Source of the DNA: Erysipelotrichia bacterium | GTDB lineage: Bacteria > Bacillota_I > Bacilli_A > Erysipelotrichales > Erysipelotrichaceae | Direction: 5' to 3' | Assembly: GCA_030525245.1 (NCBI GenBank) | Contig: JAUNFB010000003.1 | Coordinates: 8,424-72,423, forward strand | DNA length: 64,000 nucleotides | Shown: positions 26,054 to 36,505 of the stretch, one piece after another | Layout: the number at the start of each line of letters is the position of its first letter | How positions within the stretch are numbered: the stretch's first letter is position 1 | The notes under the pieces: model-generated | What the model was told of the DNA's origin: nothing | The model's input: the letters and a program-made list of their open reading frames with translations, nothing else | The model's database searches: none | Made by a program: the position numbers and the translations under genes

Positions 26054-26563
26054 ATGAAAAGAAATGTTAAAGATTTAGTTTATGTTGCATTGTATGCTGC
26101 CCTATTTGTCGCTTTAGACTATGTTACCAATGTTTTGAATTTGTTCAGAATGCCGGATGGAGGAAGTTTATCTTTCGCAACAGTCGCTTTGTTATTGGCA
26201 AGCTACCATTTAGGAGTGAAGAAGGGCTTGGCTGTTTGCGCTCTTTCGGTTGTTTTGATGTTTATAATCGGTTCAATTAAATTTTATGGTATTGTCAGTT
26301 TATTGTTGGATTACATTGTTGCTTATTGCGCTTACGGTTTGGCAGGTGCGTTTAAAAATTATAAATGGTTTTATCCGGGAATTGTGATTACCAGTTTAAT
26401 TCGCTTGGCAAGTTCTACTTTAGCCGGAATGTTGGTTTGGGAAACTCCTTTTTGGGGTTCATTAAGTTATAATGCTTCTTATATCATTCCGACAATGATT
26501 GTTGATTTAATTTTTGTACCTTTGTTGTATAATATTCTTAAACCGACATTTGAAAAGAAGTAA
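26054..26563 (+). CDS. thiT: Thiamine ECF-transporter S component
   Basis: 169-aa protein with 6 TM helices behind a TPP riboswitch. The ThiT-like N-terminus is LVYVALYAALFVALDY. Confidence 0.8.
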   Translation: MKRNVKDLVYVALYAALFVALDYVTNVLNLFRMPDGGSLSFATVALLLASYHLGVKKGLAVCALSVVLMFIIGSIKFYGIVSLLLDYIVAYCAYGLAGAFKNYKWFYPGIVITSLIRLASSTLAGMLVWETPFWGSLSYNASYIIPTMIVDLIFVPLLYNILKPTFEKK

Positions 26564-26571
26564 GGAGATTT

Positions 26572-27102
26572 ATGATACCGCAAGTCCATTCCGAAGTATA
26601 TATTCAGTCTTATAAGCACGACAAAAGTTTACATCGAACTTGGGATCGCGGTTATGTGTTGGAAAGCGATGAAAATCATTATGTCATTGTTACCAATAAG
26701 GCTTGGGTGATTGAACGGGATGGTCGGCGTTGGTACACTCGGGAACCGGCGATATGCTATTTTTATACCGATCGCTGGTACAATGTCATTGCGATGATTC
26801 GTACCGATGGTATTTATTACTATTGTAATCTGGCTTCTCCGGTCTTATATGATGGTGAAGCAGTAAAATATATTGATTATGATATCGACTATAAGATTTA
26901 TGAAGATGATACCATAATAACTATGGATTTGGATGAATATAATTTACATAAGAAAATTATGCACTATCCCGATGAAATTGATCGGATTATCAAAAAAGAA
27001 ATGATTAATATTTTGCAGCAAGTAAAAAAGCAAGAGAAACCGTTCAACAAGGAATATGTGGAAAATCACTTTCAACAATACCTCAGAGAGTTAACACTCT
27101 GA
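26572..27102 (+). CDS. DUF402 nucleoside tri/diphosphatase (YgaC/Ntdp family)
   Basis: SYKHDKSLHRTW....WYNVIAMIR..GIYYYCNLASP is typical of DUF402. Confidence 0.75.
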   Translation: MIPQVHSEVYIQSYKHDKSLHRTWDRGYVLESDENHYVIVTNKAWVIERDGRRWYTREPAICYFYTDRWYNVIAMIRTDGIYYYCNLASPVLYDGEAVKYIDYDIDYKIYEDDTIITMDLDEYNLHKKIMHYPDEIDRIIKKEMINILQQVKKQEKPFNKEYVENHFQQYLRELTL

Positions 27103-27147
27103 GGTTTTTGTGATAGAATAAAAATGTGAACGAAGTAGGTGTTGCCA

Positions 27148-27801
27148 ATGAAAAAAATAATTGCAGTTGTTGACGATGAAAAAGATTTGAATGAATTAAT
27201 GAAGCGGTATTTGGAAAATGCCGGTTATACAGTTTACAGCTATTATACTTATGATCAAGCTGCCGCAAAAGTTGATGATGAGACGATTGATTTGTGGCTT
27301 TTAGACATTATGTTGGATGAAAAAAGCGGATTTGATCTGTTTGAACAGATTAAAGAAAAATATCCGGATAAACCGGTAGTATTCATCAGTGCTCGCGATC
27401 AAGAGTTTGACCGGATTATCGGATTGGAGAAGGGCAGCGATGATTATATTACAAAACCTTTTAACATGAAAGAGGTTGTGTTGCGGGTAAATAACATTAT
27501 TAAGAGATTCTATCGCGATGACAAATTGATTGTAGATGGCTATGAAATTGATGAACAGCAGAGAAAAGTATTTGATGGGGAAAGCATTATTGATTTAACC
27601 AACAAAGAATATGAAATATTAATGCTTTTTGTTCGCAAAAAAGGAACAGCTTTTTCTCGGGATGATATTTTAAGAGTTGTTTGGGGCGATGATTATTTTG
27701 GCAGTGACCGTGTTGTTGATGATACATTGCGCAGATTGAGAAAGAAGATGCCGAATTTAAGTCTCAATACAATATATGGTTTCGGTTATAGGTTAGGATA
27801 A
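27148..27801 (+). CDS. OmpR-family response regulator
   Basis: Receiver domain (DLWLLDIMLD) plus a winged-helix C-terminus (..IYGFGYRLG). AGGTG Shine-Dalgarno lies before the ATG at 27148. Confidence 0.9.
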   Translation: MKKIIAVVDDEKDLNELMKRYLENAGYTVYSYYTYDQAAAKVDDETIDLWLLDIMLDEKSGFDLFEQIKEKYPDKPVVFISARDQEFDRIIGLEKGSDDYITKPFNMKEVVLRVNNIIKRFYRDDKLIVDGYEIDEQQRKVFDGESIIDLTNKEYEILMLFVRKKGTAFSRDDILRVVWGDDYFGSDRVVDDTLRRLRKKMPNLSLNTIYGFGYRLG

Positions 27802-29195
27802 TGCGTCGATTACTTAAATCTTTGATGGATTTGTCTCTGTTTCAACAGATGAGCGTTATCGTTGTTACTCTGGGAGTTATCTTGGTACTTTTTTTCACGG
27901 TTTATCAAAAAGGAAATATTGACGATTTTGTCAATTCGCAAGTTGTTTCCCTTTTACATCGTTCGCAGGAAACGATCGTTCAAAATATCGGTAAAAGTGA
28001 ATCCGGCGGTTCAAATTTGAATTACGATGATGATGTGATGCACTTTGTTTATGTTAATAACAAATGTGTTCAGTATCATTCTAATAAAATAGTTGATGAG
28101 GATTTTATCAATACGGTTAATTCTTTGGTCATTGATTCTGAACAGGGGAAAGACAGTTTGTTTTTTTATCATAATGTAAAATATTTTTACTATCTGTCTC
28201 TGAAAGAAAATAATGTTAAAATCATTTCCATTATTGATGATTCATACGGTAAAGCGATTGAAACAACTTTGCTCAGTTCGGTATCCAATAACAGTGCTGT
28301 CGTATTCGGCTTTATCTTCATATTATTAACTTTATGGGTAACGACGATTATCACTCCGCTTTTACAGATGCAGAACTATGTGGAAAAAGTAAAAAACGGT
28401 GACGATAAGGCTACATTGACGATTGATCGTAAGGACGAAATCGGAGAATTGGCCGATGCTTTGGTTTCAATGCGCAATGAAATAAAACGGCAAGAAGCGA
28501 TTAAAGAAGAGATGATACACAATATATCTCATGATTTGAAGACACCTATAGCGACAATCAAATCTTATGCCGAAAGTATTAAGGATGGCATTTATCCTTA
28601 TGACACTTTGGAAAAAAGCGTTGATGTAATCATAGAAAATGCCGACAGATTAGAAAAAAAGGTATATAGTTTATTGCTTTTGAATAGATTGGATTACTTG
28701 ATCGGACAGGAAAAAGAAATTAATAAGACAACGGATATGTACTCATTGGTGGAAAATGTTTTATTGTCAATGAAGATGATTCGGCCGGAAGTGGAAATAA
28801 TCAAGGATTTACAGCCGGCAGTGTTCAAGGGTGAACAGGAGAGTTGGCGAATAGTTGTGTCGAATATTTTGGATAATGCATTCCGTTATGCCGAAACCAA
28901 TATCACAATTACTTTGCGAGAAAATGAAATTAACATTTCCAATGACGGTCCTTGCTTGTCTAAAGAAAGAGTCGCAAAATTATTCCGACCGTTTGAAAAA
29001 GGTGACAAAGGTAAATTTGGTTTGGGTTTGAGCATTTGTTATAAGATTTGTAATAATTATGGATATTCAATTGTTGCGGAGAATTTGGAAAAAGGAGTTA
29101 TCTTTCGGATAGAGAATAAGGAACCGGTTAAAAAAGAAAAGAAAAGTTCCGGAAAAAAGAAACGTAACAGTGAGAATGAAACACTAAAAGATTAA
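27801..29195 (+). CDS. Sensor histidine kinase
   Basis: 2 TM helices, HAMP, the H-box HNISHDLKTPIA and the G-box GLGLSIC. The start overlaps the regulator stop. Confidence 0.9.
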   Translation: MRRLLKSLMDLSLFQQMSVIVVTLGVILVLFFTVYQKGNIDDFVNSQVVSLLHRSQETIVQNIGKSESGGSNLNYDDDVMHFVYVNNKCVQYHSNKIVDEDFINTVNSLVIDSEQGKDSLFFYHNVKYFYYLSLKENNVKIISIIDDSYGKAIETTLLSSVSNNSAVVFGFIFILLTLWVTTIITPLLQMQNYVEKVKNGDDKATLTIDRKDEIGELADALVSMRNEIKRQEAIKEEMIHNISHDLKTPIATIKSYAESIKDGIYPYDTLEKSVDVIIENADRLEKKVYSLLLLNRLDYLIGQEKEINKTTDMYSLVENVLLSMKMIRPEVEIIKDLQPAVFKGEQESWRIVVSNILDNAFRYAETNITITLRENEINISNDGPCLSKERVAKLFRPFEKGDKGKFGLGLSICYKICNNYGYSIVAENLEKGVIFRIENKEPVKKEKKSSGKKKRNSENETLKD

Positions 29196-29791
29196 TGAGG
29201 TATATTATGTTAATATTGAAAAATTGGATAAAAGAAATATTGGCTGTATTTGTTTTCTTTCGTTTTAAAAATTTATTGGATTTATATGATTATTTGTACG
29301 AAAATAAGATTGAAAAAGGTATTTATGCCACTGTTTTTGCTTATATGTGTGAAAAGAAAGGATGCTTTATCGGCTATTTTGCCCAGTTTAAAAACAGACC
29401 GTATTTTCCGCACGGTTTGCATGGAGTCTTTATTTCCGGAGATTCTAAAATTGGCAAGAATTGCGTTATCTTTCAGCATGTGACTATCGGTGCTGTCAGG
29501 ACTAGGGGAAGTAAGAATATCGGCAATCCCACAATCGGAGATAATTGCTATATTGGAGCCGGGGCAAAAATTGTCGGCAATATCAAAATAGGCAATAATG
29601 TACGCATCGGTACCAATGCCTGTGTATACAGGGATGTTCCGGATAATGCGGTTGTTGTTTGTGCCCCAACCAGAGTCATTGAGCAGTCGCAACCTTTGGA
29701 TAATAAATTCTATGTGATGCAGGATGATGGAACAGTAGAATATTATTATGATGGGAAGTTTTATAAAACAAACGATAAAGAAGTCTATTGA
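29195..29791 (+). CDS. Hexapeptide-repeat (serine acetyltransferase-like) O-acetyltransferase
   Basis: Left-handed beta-helix repeats IGKNCVIFQHVTIG..IGDNCYIGAGAKIVGNIKIGNNVRIGTNA. Confidence 0.7.
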   Translation: MRYIMLILKNWIKEILAVFVFFRFKNLLDLYDYLYENKIEKGIYATVFAYMCEKKGCFIGYFAQFKNRPYFPHGLHGVFISGDSKIGKNCVIFQHVTIGAVRTRGSKNIGNPTIGDNCYIGAGAKIVGNIKIGNNVRIGTNACVYRDVPDNAVVVCAPTRVIEQSQPLDNKFYVMQDDGTVEYYYDGKFYKTNDKEVY

Positions 29792-29871
29792 TCAGGTTTA
29801 TGAAAACGGTTGTAAAAATATGTAAAGATTGTTAAAATATTGTTACTTATTTATAGGGAGGAAATTATTAT

Positions 29872-30597
29872 ATGAGTACACCGCATAATAGCGCCAATAA
29901 AGGTGATATTGCAAAATTAGTATTAATGCCGGGCGATCCTTTGAGAGCAAAGTTTGTCGCTGAGACATATTTGGAGAATCCTGTATGTTTCAATAATGTT
30001 CGTGGTATGTTAGGTTATACCGGAACTTATAAAGGACATAGAGTGTCGGTAATGGGATCAGGTATGGGTATGCCGTCTATCGGTATTTATTCATATGAAT
30101 TGTTCAATTTCTATGGCGTTGAGGCGATCATTCGTATCGGTTCAACAGGAGCTATGAGAGCCGATATTGATTTGTATGAAGTGATTCTTGCCGATTCGGC
30201 ATATTCGGAATCTTCATATGCTGAACAATTCTGTGGTTATACAGATAAGGTGATGTTGCCTAACGCTCAGCTTAATGCACAATTAAAAGAAAGTGCTGAA
30301 AAATTAAATTATAAGTTGATCGGTGGTTGTGTTAATTCCAGTGATGTTTTCTATTATGATGAAAGTGTTATGGCAGCTAATGTCTCTAAAGCATTGAATG
30401 AATATCATTGTGTATGTGCAGAGATGGAATCTTTTGCTTTGTTTGCCAATGCTCGCAAGTTGGGTAAAAAAGCGGCTTGCTTGTTGACTGTTTCTGACAA
30501 TATTGTTACTCATGCTGAGACAACGCCGGAAGAAAGACAACAATCTTTTACCAGAATGATGGAAGTTGCTTTACAGGTAAGCGAATTATACGATTAG
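29872..30597 (+). CDS. deoD: Purine nucleoside phosphorylase, DeoD type
   Basis: MSTPH..PGDPLRAK..GMGMPS..EMES blocks, 241 aa. Confidence 0.9.
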   Translation: MSTPHNSANKGDIAKLVLMPGDPLRAKFVAETYLENPVCFNNVRGMLGYTGTYKGHRVSVMGSGMGMPSIGIYSYELFNFYGVEAIIRIGSTGAMRADIDLYEVILADSAYSESSYAEQFCGYTDKVMLPNAQLNAQLKESAEKLNYKLIGGCVNSSDVFYYDESVMAANVSKALNEYHCVCAEMESFALFANARKLGKKAACLLTVSDNIVTHAETTPEERQQSFTRMMEVALQVSELYD

Positions 30598-30750
30598 GAT
30601 AAATAATGTGAGGGCGAATTCAATTCGCCTTTTTTTTGTACAAAAGGTTATCGATTCTTGAACAAAAGAAAAAAGTATTGAGTTAAGAGTATAACAGAAA
30701 TGCACTATGTTGGATTATAATACTTATAAACAATTGAAGGAGAGGTTTAA

Positions 30751-31584
30751 ATGTTAGCTGATTATCACGTGCATACATATTACAGCGATGATTCCGAATA
30801 TATGATGGAAGAAGTTGTTAAAGATGCGATTAAATTGGGAATTGATGAAATATGTTTTACCGATCATGTTGACTATGGTGTCAAAAGAGATTGGGATGAT
30901 GTTCGGGGCTTCTTAACTCGCGATGACGGAACTTTATTGACCAATGTACATTATCCTCGTTATTTTGCGGAAATAGCCAAATATAAGGAAAAATATCAAG
31001 ATCAAATATCAATTAAAAAGGGCTTGGAGTTCGGCATTCAAACTCACACTATTAAAGATTTTCAAAAATTATTTGCTGCTTATCCTTTGGATTTTGTCAT
31101 TATGTCGGTTCATCAGGTAAATGATATGGAAGTTTGGCCTCAATGGTTTCAACAGGGAAAAAACCAAAAGGAATATAATCGCTTATATTACCAAGAAATA
31201 CTGAATGTAATTAAAGAGTATAAAGATTATTGTGTTTTAGGTCATTTGGATTCGATAGTTCGCTATGATTTACAGGGAAGATGTCCTTTTGAATATATTG
31301 AGGATTTGGTTGTGGAGATATTGAGACAAGCCATTAAAGATAATAAGGGCATTGAAGTCAATACTTCTTGTTATCGTTATGGATTGTCTGATTTAACACC
31401 GGCAAGAAATATTATTGAATTATATCGTGATTTAGGCGGTAAAATCATCACTTTGGGAAGTGACAGTCACAAAAAAGAGCATCTGGGATATCGGTTAAAA
31501 GAAACAAAAGCGGAATTGTTGTCTATGGGCTTTGAATATTTTTGTACATTTGATAATATGGTACCCCAATTTCATGAACTTTAA
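30751..31584 (+). CDS. PHP-domain histidinol-phosphatase family (HisJ-like)
   Basis: N-terminal DYHVHT plus downstream His/Asp motifs (TDHVDY, GHLD, GSDSH). Confidence 0.8.
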   Translation: MLADYHVHTYYSDDSEYMMEEVVKDAIKLGIDEICFTDHVDYGVKRDWDDVRGFLTRDDGTLLTNVHYPRYFAEIAKYKEKYQDQISIKKGLEFGIQTHTIKDFQKLFAAYPLDFVIMSVHQVNDMEVWPQWFQQGKNQKEYNRLYYQEILNVIKEYKDYCVLGHLDSIVRYDLQGRCPFEYIEDLVVEILRQAIKDNKGIEVNTSCYRYGLSDLTPARNIIELYRDLGGKIITLGSDSHKKEHLGYRLKETKAELLSMGFEYFCTFDNMVPQFHEL

Positions 31585-31610
31585 AAACAGGCAATTTTGC
31601 CTGTTTGATT
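31585..31610. terminator. Bidirectional terminator
   Basis: AAACAGGCA-attt-TGCCTGTTT, flanked by an A-run and a T-rich tail, between the PHP gene and tRNA-Arg. Confidence 0.65.
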
Positions 31611-31615
31611 TGAAA

Positions 31616-31692
31616 TGGCGTCCTTATCCGAATTCGAATCGGAGACCTTTCGCTTAGGAGGCGAACGCTCTATCCAGCTGAGCTATAAGGAC
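31616..31692 (-). tRNA. tRNA-Arg (anticodon CCU)
   Basis: The reverse complement GTCCTTATAGCTCAGCTGGATAGAGCGTTCGCCTCCTAAGCGAAAGGTCTCCGATTCGAATTCGGATAAGGACGCCA folds as a cloverleaf. The anticodon loop is CTCCTAA and CCA is encoded. Confidence 0.9.
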
Positions 31693-31759
31693 ATTTATAG
31701 AAATATTATACTATAATTTATAAAAAATGTGCTAAAATATTGCGTAGGTGAGAAGACAG

Positions 31760-32356
31760 ATGGAAGATATTTATTTAAATAAAATTGTGGATATTACCGA
31801 TCCGTATTGCGAATTTATTAAACAGTTTGATAAGGAAGTTTATAAATACGGTGCTGTTGTTTACAACCATGAAACAAACAGTTACCAATTCATTCGTAAA
31901 TTTACCGATATTGATTATAAAAAAGAACTGTTGCCGGATTTTATTAAGATTGAAAATTCGGATGCCTTGCTGAATGGATTAAATATTACGATTCATTATC
32001 AATTTGATCCGGAAACAGAAGAAGATGAAGAAAATTTAGATATTTGGCAAAAAGAATTGTCACAGATCGAATTGCCTGTTTATGCTTATGATGATGAAGG
32101 ACAAGTATACGCGAAAGAATATATTAGTTTAAATCCGCAGGAAACTAAGCACACTGTTTGGTTTTTAAATACCCAAAGTATGGAATATATTTATTCGCTG
32201 GATCTTTTGTTGTTCACGCCGATCATTAAAGATATGGAAATTATTCGTAAGTTGATCAAAGATTACGGAGTACATCCTTTTAAAAATATTTATTCGGAAG
32301 ATAAGGATTATAAAGTTCCGGAATTAAAGGGAGTATATAAAAATAATAACGATTAA
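31760..32356 (+). CDS. Hypothetical acidic protein
   Basis: ORF with an ATG at 31760 (MEDIYLNK..). No family was recognised. Confidence 0.5.
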   Translation: MEDIYLNKIVDITDPYCEFIKQFDKEVYKYGAVVYNHETNSYQFIRKFTDIDYKKELLPDFIKIENSDALLNGLNITIHYQFDPETEEDEENLDIWQKELSQIELPVYAYDDEGQVYAKEYISLNPQETKHTVWFLNTQSMEYIYSLDLLLFTPIIKDMEIIRKLIKDYGVHPFKNIYSEDKDYKVPELKGVYKNNND

Positions 32357-32424
32357 TATAGAATGTGCCATTGACGGCACATTTTCTAATAAAAAAGCCC
32401 AACACTATGTTTGGGCAAGATAAA

Positions 32425-32610
32425 CTATTCTTCTGTGTTATATCCGAGGATACTGATAAAAATTCCGATTACCATTACCACAAAAGAGACGATTTCCATT
32501 TTCAAACCCTTTTTGGAAGTCCAAAACAGAGATAAAACTGAAACGATGATAATGGCAAAACCTATTAATATAATAAGCATATCTTTACTGAGAAATTTTT
32601 TCTTTGTCAT
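32425..32610 (-). CDS. Small membrane protein (61 aa, 2 TM helices)
   Basis: GGAGGTACTTCATG Shine-Dalgarno/start and two clear hydrophobic helices. Preferred over the overlapping plus-strand ORF. Confidence 0.6.
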   Translation of the reverse strand: MTKKKFLSKDMLIILIGFAIIIVSVLSLFWTSKKGLKMEIVSFVVMVIGIFISILGYNTEE

Positions 32611-32666
32611 GAAGTACCTCCGTTTAATATAAATTTATTTTACAATCATTTGCCGGCATATACAAG

Positions 32667-33389
32667 TCAGCGAACCTTAATATTGCTTAAAACTTTTGCG
32701 ACCTTATCATTGATGACTAAATCACAGTTGTTATCATAAGCGATGGAAGTTAAGTTAATAACGACCAGATATTTGCCATGAAAGTAATTAACTAATCCGG
32801 CAGCCGGATAAACGACTAAGGAAGTTCCGCAAATTACCAGGCAATCTGCTTCTTTTATTGTTTTGCAGGCTTGATATACGGTTTGATCGTCTAAGGCTTC
32901 TTCGTATAATACGACCTCCGGTTTAATTATTCCGCCGCATTGACAATAAGGTACATCTTTGCTTTTTAGTATGTAGCTAAGATCATAAAATTTATGACAT
33001 TTTTGACAATGATTTTTTTCGATTGTTCCATGCAGTTCATAAACATTTTTACTTCCGGCTTTTTGATGCAGACCGTCAATATTTTGGGTGATAATACCGA
33101 GTGATTTGCCTTTTTGTTCAAATTCAGCCATTTTGTAATGAGCATCATTTGGTTGGGCTTGCGTATAAATCATTCTTTCTTTATAGAAACGATAGAATTC
33201 TTGAGGATTTTTTTCAAAAAAACTGTGCGAAATAATTTGTTCCGGCGGATAGGAATATTGTTGATTATATAATCCGTTGGTACTGCGAAAATCCGGGATA
33301 CCGCTTTCTGTGGAGACACCGGCTCCGGTGAAAAAAACAATTTTGTTGCTGTTGTCAAATATATTTTGCAGTTGTTCGATTTTGTTCAT
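32667..33389 (-). CDS. cobB: NAD-dependent protein deacylase (Sir2 family)
   Basis: FFTGAGVSTESGIPDFRS, QNIDGLH, a Zn ribbon CQKC...CQCGG, and LHG catalytic His. Confidence 0.9.
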   Translation of the reverse strand: MNKIEQLQNIFDNSNKIVFFTGAGVSTESGIPDFRSTNGLYNQQYSYPPEQIISHSFFEKNPQEFYRFYKERMIYTQAQPNDAHYKMAEFEQKGKSLGIITQNIDGLHQKAGSKNVYELHGTIEKNHCQKCHKFYDLSYILKSKDVPYCQCGGIIKPEVVLYEEALDDQTVYQACKTIKEADCLVICGTSLVVYPAAGLVNYFHGKYLVVINLTSIAYDNNCDLVINDKVAKVLSNIKVR

Positions 33390-33390
33390 T

Positions 33391-34461
33391 TTATTTTAGG
33401 ATAATTGCATCAAGGACATTTCTTTCTCCTGTTCCTTGATAAGATACCGGATGATTGATTAAACGGTTGTTTTCAATTAAGACCGTTGATCCGCCACCAT
33501 CTAAATTGCAGGCGTTATATACTCCATACTTCAACAGCAGTTCGGCTAATTGTACCATGCTTGCTCCGTTGGATCCATTTCCGCCTCTTCCGTCGATTGT
33601 CAATAGGAGTACTACGCCGTCTTTTCTTTGACCGATAACTGTACGCGGTTGATAGCCGTATCCACCGTTACCGGTAAATTGTGCCGATTTTCCGTTGACA
33701 ATAATAAATGGTCCGAATTCCAAGCCCCAATTCATTCCGGCATCGGCGGCTTGTTGGGCAGTGGTATTCATTAACATCAAAACACCGTCATCATTCATGC
33801 CGACTATTTCTCCGGTTGAACCGGTGTCGTAATAGACAGCATGATCTTTGATCATGATGCTGCAAGGATATTTCCGGTATTCATCGTCAACATAGTATCC
33901 GCCGCCGTTAATGGCAACTATGGCATCATTCATCCGGGCTAATTCGGATACTTCGTTTCCGTATGTTGCTGTTGATATAACCATATCTAAGCGTTTAGGA
34001 TCGTAAACAACGGTTATATAGCCGTTATATGAGCCTTCATCGATTGCGAAGATTTTATATAAGTCGTTGCCGTCTTCCCTTTTTAATATTTGTTCTTCGT
34101 AAACATTGGCATAATGTGTTACTTTGCCGGGATCGACAAACTCGATGTCATTAATGTTGGAGAATTTTTCCCCTTGAGTTGTTGTGTTTTGAGATACGAT
34201 ATAGCGGACATAATCTTCTGAATAGAGTACATAGGCAAAGTATTGATGCTGACCGGTACTCAGTGCGGTAGTTACCAGCCAGTCTCTGAATCCGCTGTAA
34301 GGACCGTAAGCGACGAAAAAGCAAATAACGGCACACAAATCAATGACAAATAATACATATGTAAACCAATTTAATTTTTTGACTTTTTTTTCTACTCCGG
34401 CATTAACTTGAATTTCGTTGAATAATTTTTTAATTTTGTAAGGTGAATGTTTTTTATTCAT
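33391..34461 (-). CDS. Phosphodiester glycosidase family protein (NAGPA/DUF2233-like), membrane-anchored
   Basis: N-terminal TM helix. The C-terminal blocks INGGGY, PRTVIGQRKDGVVLLLTIDGR and NLDGGGS are typical of this family. Confidence 0.7.
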   Translation of the reverse strand: MNKKHSPYKIKKLFNEIQVNAGVEKKVKKLNWFTYVLFVIDLCAVICFFVAYGPYSGFRDWLVTTALSTGQHQYFAYVLYSEDYVRYIVSQNTTTQGEKFSNINDIEFVDPGKVTHYANVYEEQILKREDGNDLYKIFAIDEGSYNGYITVVYDPKRLDMVISTATYGNEVSELARMNDAIVAINGGGYYVDDEYRKYPCSIMIKDHAVYYDTGSTGEIVGMNDDGVLMLMNTTAQQAADAGMNWGLEFGPFIIVNGKSAQFTGNGGYGYQPRTVIGQRKDGVVLLLTIDGRGGNGSNGASMVQLAELLLKYGVYNACNLDGGGSTVLIENNRLINHPVSYQGTGERNVLDAIILK

Positions 34462-35821
34462 TGCTTAATACCTCCAGTTGGTAAGGAGAATCGATTGTTC
34501 CGCTGCCGGAAATTATTTTTATTGAATTGTTCATGCAAATTAAAGGTCTTATTGCTGCTTCATCGGATATCAAATTGGCATAAAGCATGTCTTCGCTGAC
34601 TACAAATATGAGATCATTTGATTGAATGGAATTGTTTCCTAAGAAATAATCCAGATATTCATTTAGGAAGAAATTGCCGACTGTCGGAACGGAAACATAG
34701 GCATCAAATGTCGAATTGTAACTGAAAGAGTAGTCGTAATTGTCGATCTGTTGGAATGTTCCGGCATTCCATGATTTATAAACCAAGTATTTTTGGTAAT
34801 TTGTTAAAGTGCTTAAGAAATTTTCGTTGAGATACTTACCGATACCGCCATTGCTGCGTAAATAATTTACACTGCCGAAATAGCGTTTATAAATTTGACC
34901 ATCTTCTTCGATAAGTCCCTCCAGTATCAAATCGGCATTATTGTCATCATCGAAGGAAGAAACTCTCCAGGTTAGATTGCTGTAAGAGATGTAGTCCCCT
35001 ACTTTGCACTGTCCGATATTCTCACTGTGATGTTCGGTTAAAATATAAGGGTCATCGATTGTGCCCTGTCCGCTGAGAGCGGTTATCGAAGAAGTTAAGG
35101 TGATAACCGGTCTTACACCGACAAACATGTTATTTGAATAAGAGGTTCCGATTGCTCCTTGATTATCAATATAATAATATTGGAAGTTGCTGTTGCAATT
35201 GCTCAGCCAATAGGACTGACCGTTGGCTAAGAAAGACTCGTTACTTCCGGCATTGATATAATCTTCCAAAGATAAAATGGTTACATCCGCAAGATTTTGT
35301 TCGGAAGAAAGGTAATCCTTGATGTCATCGACGATTTTGTAATTGGTTGTTGTCTTTTTCAAATAATTTTTGTTGGTAATGGTGTTGTAAAATATACCGC
35401 TGTAGCTGTCTTCTTCAGTAGGATTTAACCATCTGTAGAGAGAAGATGATGAGAAAGAATTTGATTCGCTCATGGTGAAATTCGTTAGATTATTTTCACT
35501 GACCAAACGAATATTTTCATCTTTATCTATCGATATAATTCGATAGAGATTGTTCTCAAACAGACAGTAATTATTGTCTATTTTACCTTTATATGTATAA
35601 GAACCATCTTCATTTTCATACAACCGGTTTTCATTCATTACATCGTTGCGGGCAATAACAACTTGAGCAAGCGTGCTGTATCCGGAATCGGTGTGGACTA
35701 TATTTAATTTATATTTGTATAGAAATAATCTTGTGACATAAAAGGACAATATTCCGATAACAATAACGGAATTAATTATTTGAAATATCTTTTCTTTGTT
35801 TATGTCAATCTTTTTTTTCAT
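34454..35821 (-). CDS. Hypothetical membrane-anchored extracellular protein
   Basis: 455-aa ORF with an N-terminal TM helix. Its stop overlaps the start of the downstream gene by 8 nt. Repeated ..YWLSN..GVRPVITL / AAIRPLI motifs. Confidence 0.5.
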   Translation of the reverse strand: MKKKIDINKEKIFQIINSVIVIGILSFYVTRLFLYKYKLNIVHTDSGYSTLAQVVIARNDVMNENRLYENEDGSYTYKGKIDNNYCLFENNLYRIISIDKDENIRLVSENNLTNFTMSESNSFSSSSLYRWLNPTEEDSYSGIFYNTITNKNYLKKTTTNYKIVDDIKDYLSSEQNLADVTILSLEDYINAGSNESFLANGQSYWLSNCNSNFQYYYIDNQGAIGTSYSNNMFVGVRPVITLTSSITALSGQGTIDDPYILTEHHSENIGQCKVGDYISYSNLTWRVSSFDDDNNADLILEGLIEEDGQIYKRYFGSVNYLRSNGGIGKYLNENFLSTLTNYQKYLVYKSWNAGTFQQIDNYDYSFSYNSTFDAYVSVPTVGNFFLNEYLDYFLGNNSIQSNDLIFVVSEDMLYANLISDEAAIRPLICMNNSIKIISGSGTIDSPYQLEVLSNE

Positions 35822-35935
35822 AATAAATAACGCACCTCTTTTGTCATTTTAGCACATTTATTAGCTATTTAACAATAAAGAGTGTATTGCTTGCTCGCTC
35901 AGAAAGTGTGGTAAAATAGAAACGGAGGAATGATT

Positions 35936-36484
35936 ATGCGTAAAAATTTTGCCGGTAAACCGTATTTATATCCCATGCCTGTTTTGATAGTAGCTACATA
36001 TGATGAAGATGGTAACCCTGATGCTATGAATGCTGCTTGGGGAATGATCACAGACTTTAATGAAATATGTATCAGTATGTCAGAACACCAAACAACAGAG
36101 AATTTACGGTTGCGTAAGGCTTTTACCGTCAGCATTGGAACAGAGGAAACAGTTGTTTCTTGCGATTATGTCGGTCTTGTTTCGGCTAAAAAAGAAAAAG
36201 ACAAGTTTTTTAAAGCCGGATTTGAGATTATTAAGAGTGAATATGTTGATGCACCTTTAATTGCTCAATTGCCGATGGCTTTGGAATGTAAGGTGAAAAG
36301 TTTTGAAAACGGCATTTTGATCGGGGAAATAGTTAATGTCAATGCCGAAGAAAGAATATTAACCGATGGTAAGATTGACCCGGAAAAATTAAAACCGATA
36401 AGTTATGATCCGGTAAACAATCGTTACTATTCTTTGAGTGAAAAAGTCGGAGAGGCCTTCAAGTCGGGATTGAAAATTAAATAA
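35936..36484 (+). CDS. Flavin reductase-like (FMN-binding split-barrel) protein, paralogue of 20878..21435
   Basis: MRKNFAGKPYLYPMPVLIVATYDEDGNPDAMNAAWG. The ATG at 35936 lies 7 nt after GGAGG. Confidence 0.75.
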   Translation: MRKNFAGKPYLYPMPVLIVATYDEDGNPDAMNAAWGMITDFNEICISMSEHQTTENLRLRKAFTVSIGTEETVVSCDYVGLVSAKKEKDKFFKAGFEIIKSEYVDAPLIAQLPMALECKVKSFENGILIGEIVNVNAEERILTDGKIDPEKLKPISYDPVNNRYYSLSEKVGEAFKSGLKIK

Positions 36485-36505
36485 AGGTTTATTTATAGTA
36501 GGATT

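Noticed and set aside
32411-32632. A plus-strand 73-aa ORF overlapping the minus-strand 61-aa ORF.
   Set aside because: The minus-strand ORF has a GGAGG Shine-Dalgarno at ideal spacing and two clean TM helices. The plus-strand translation has no Shine-Dalgarno and an odd composition.
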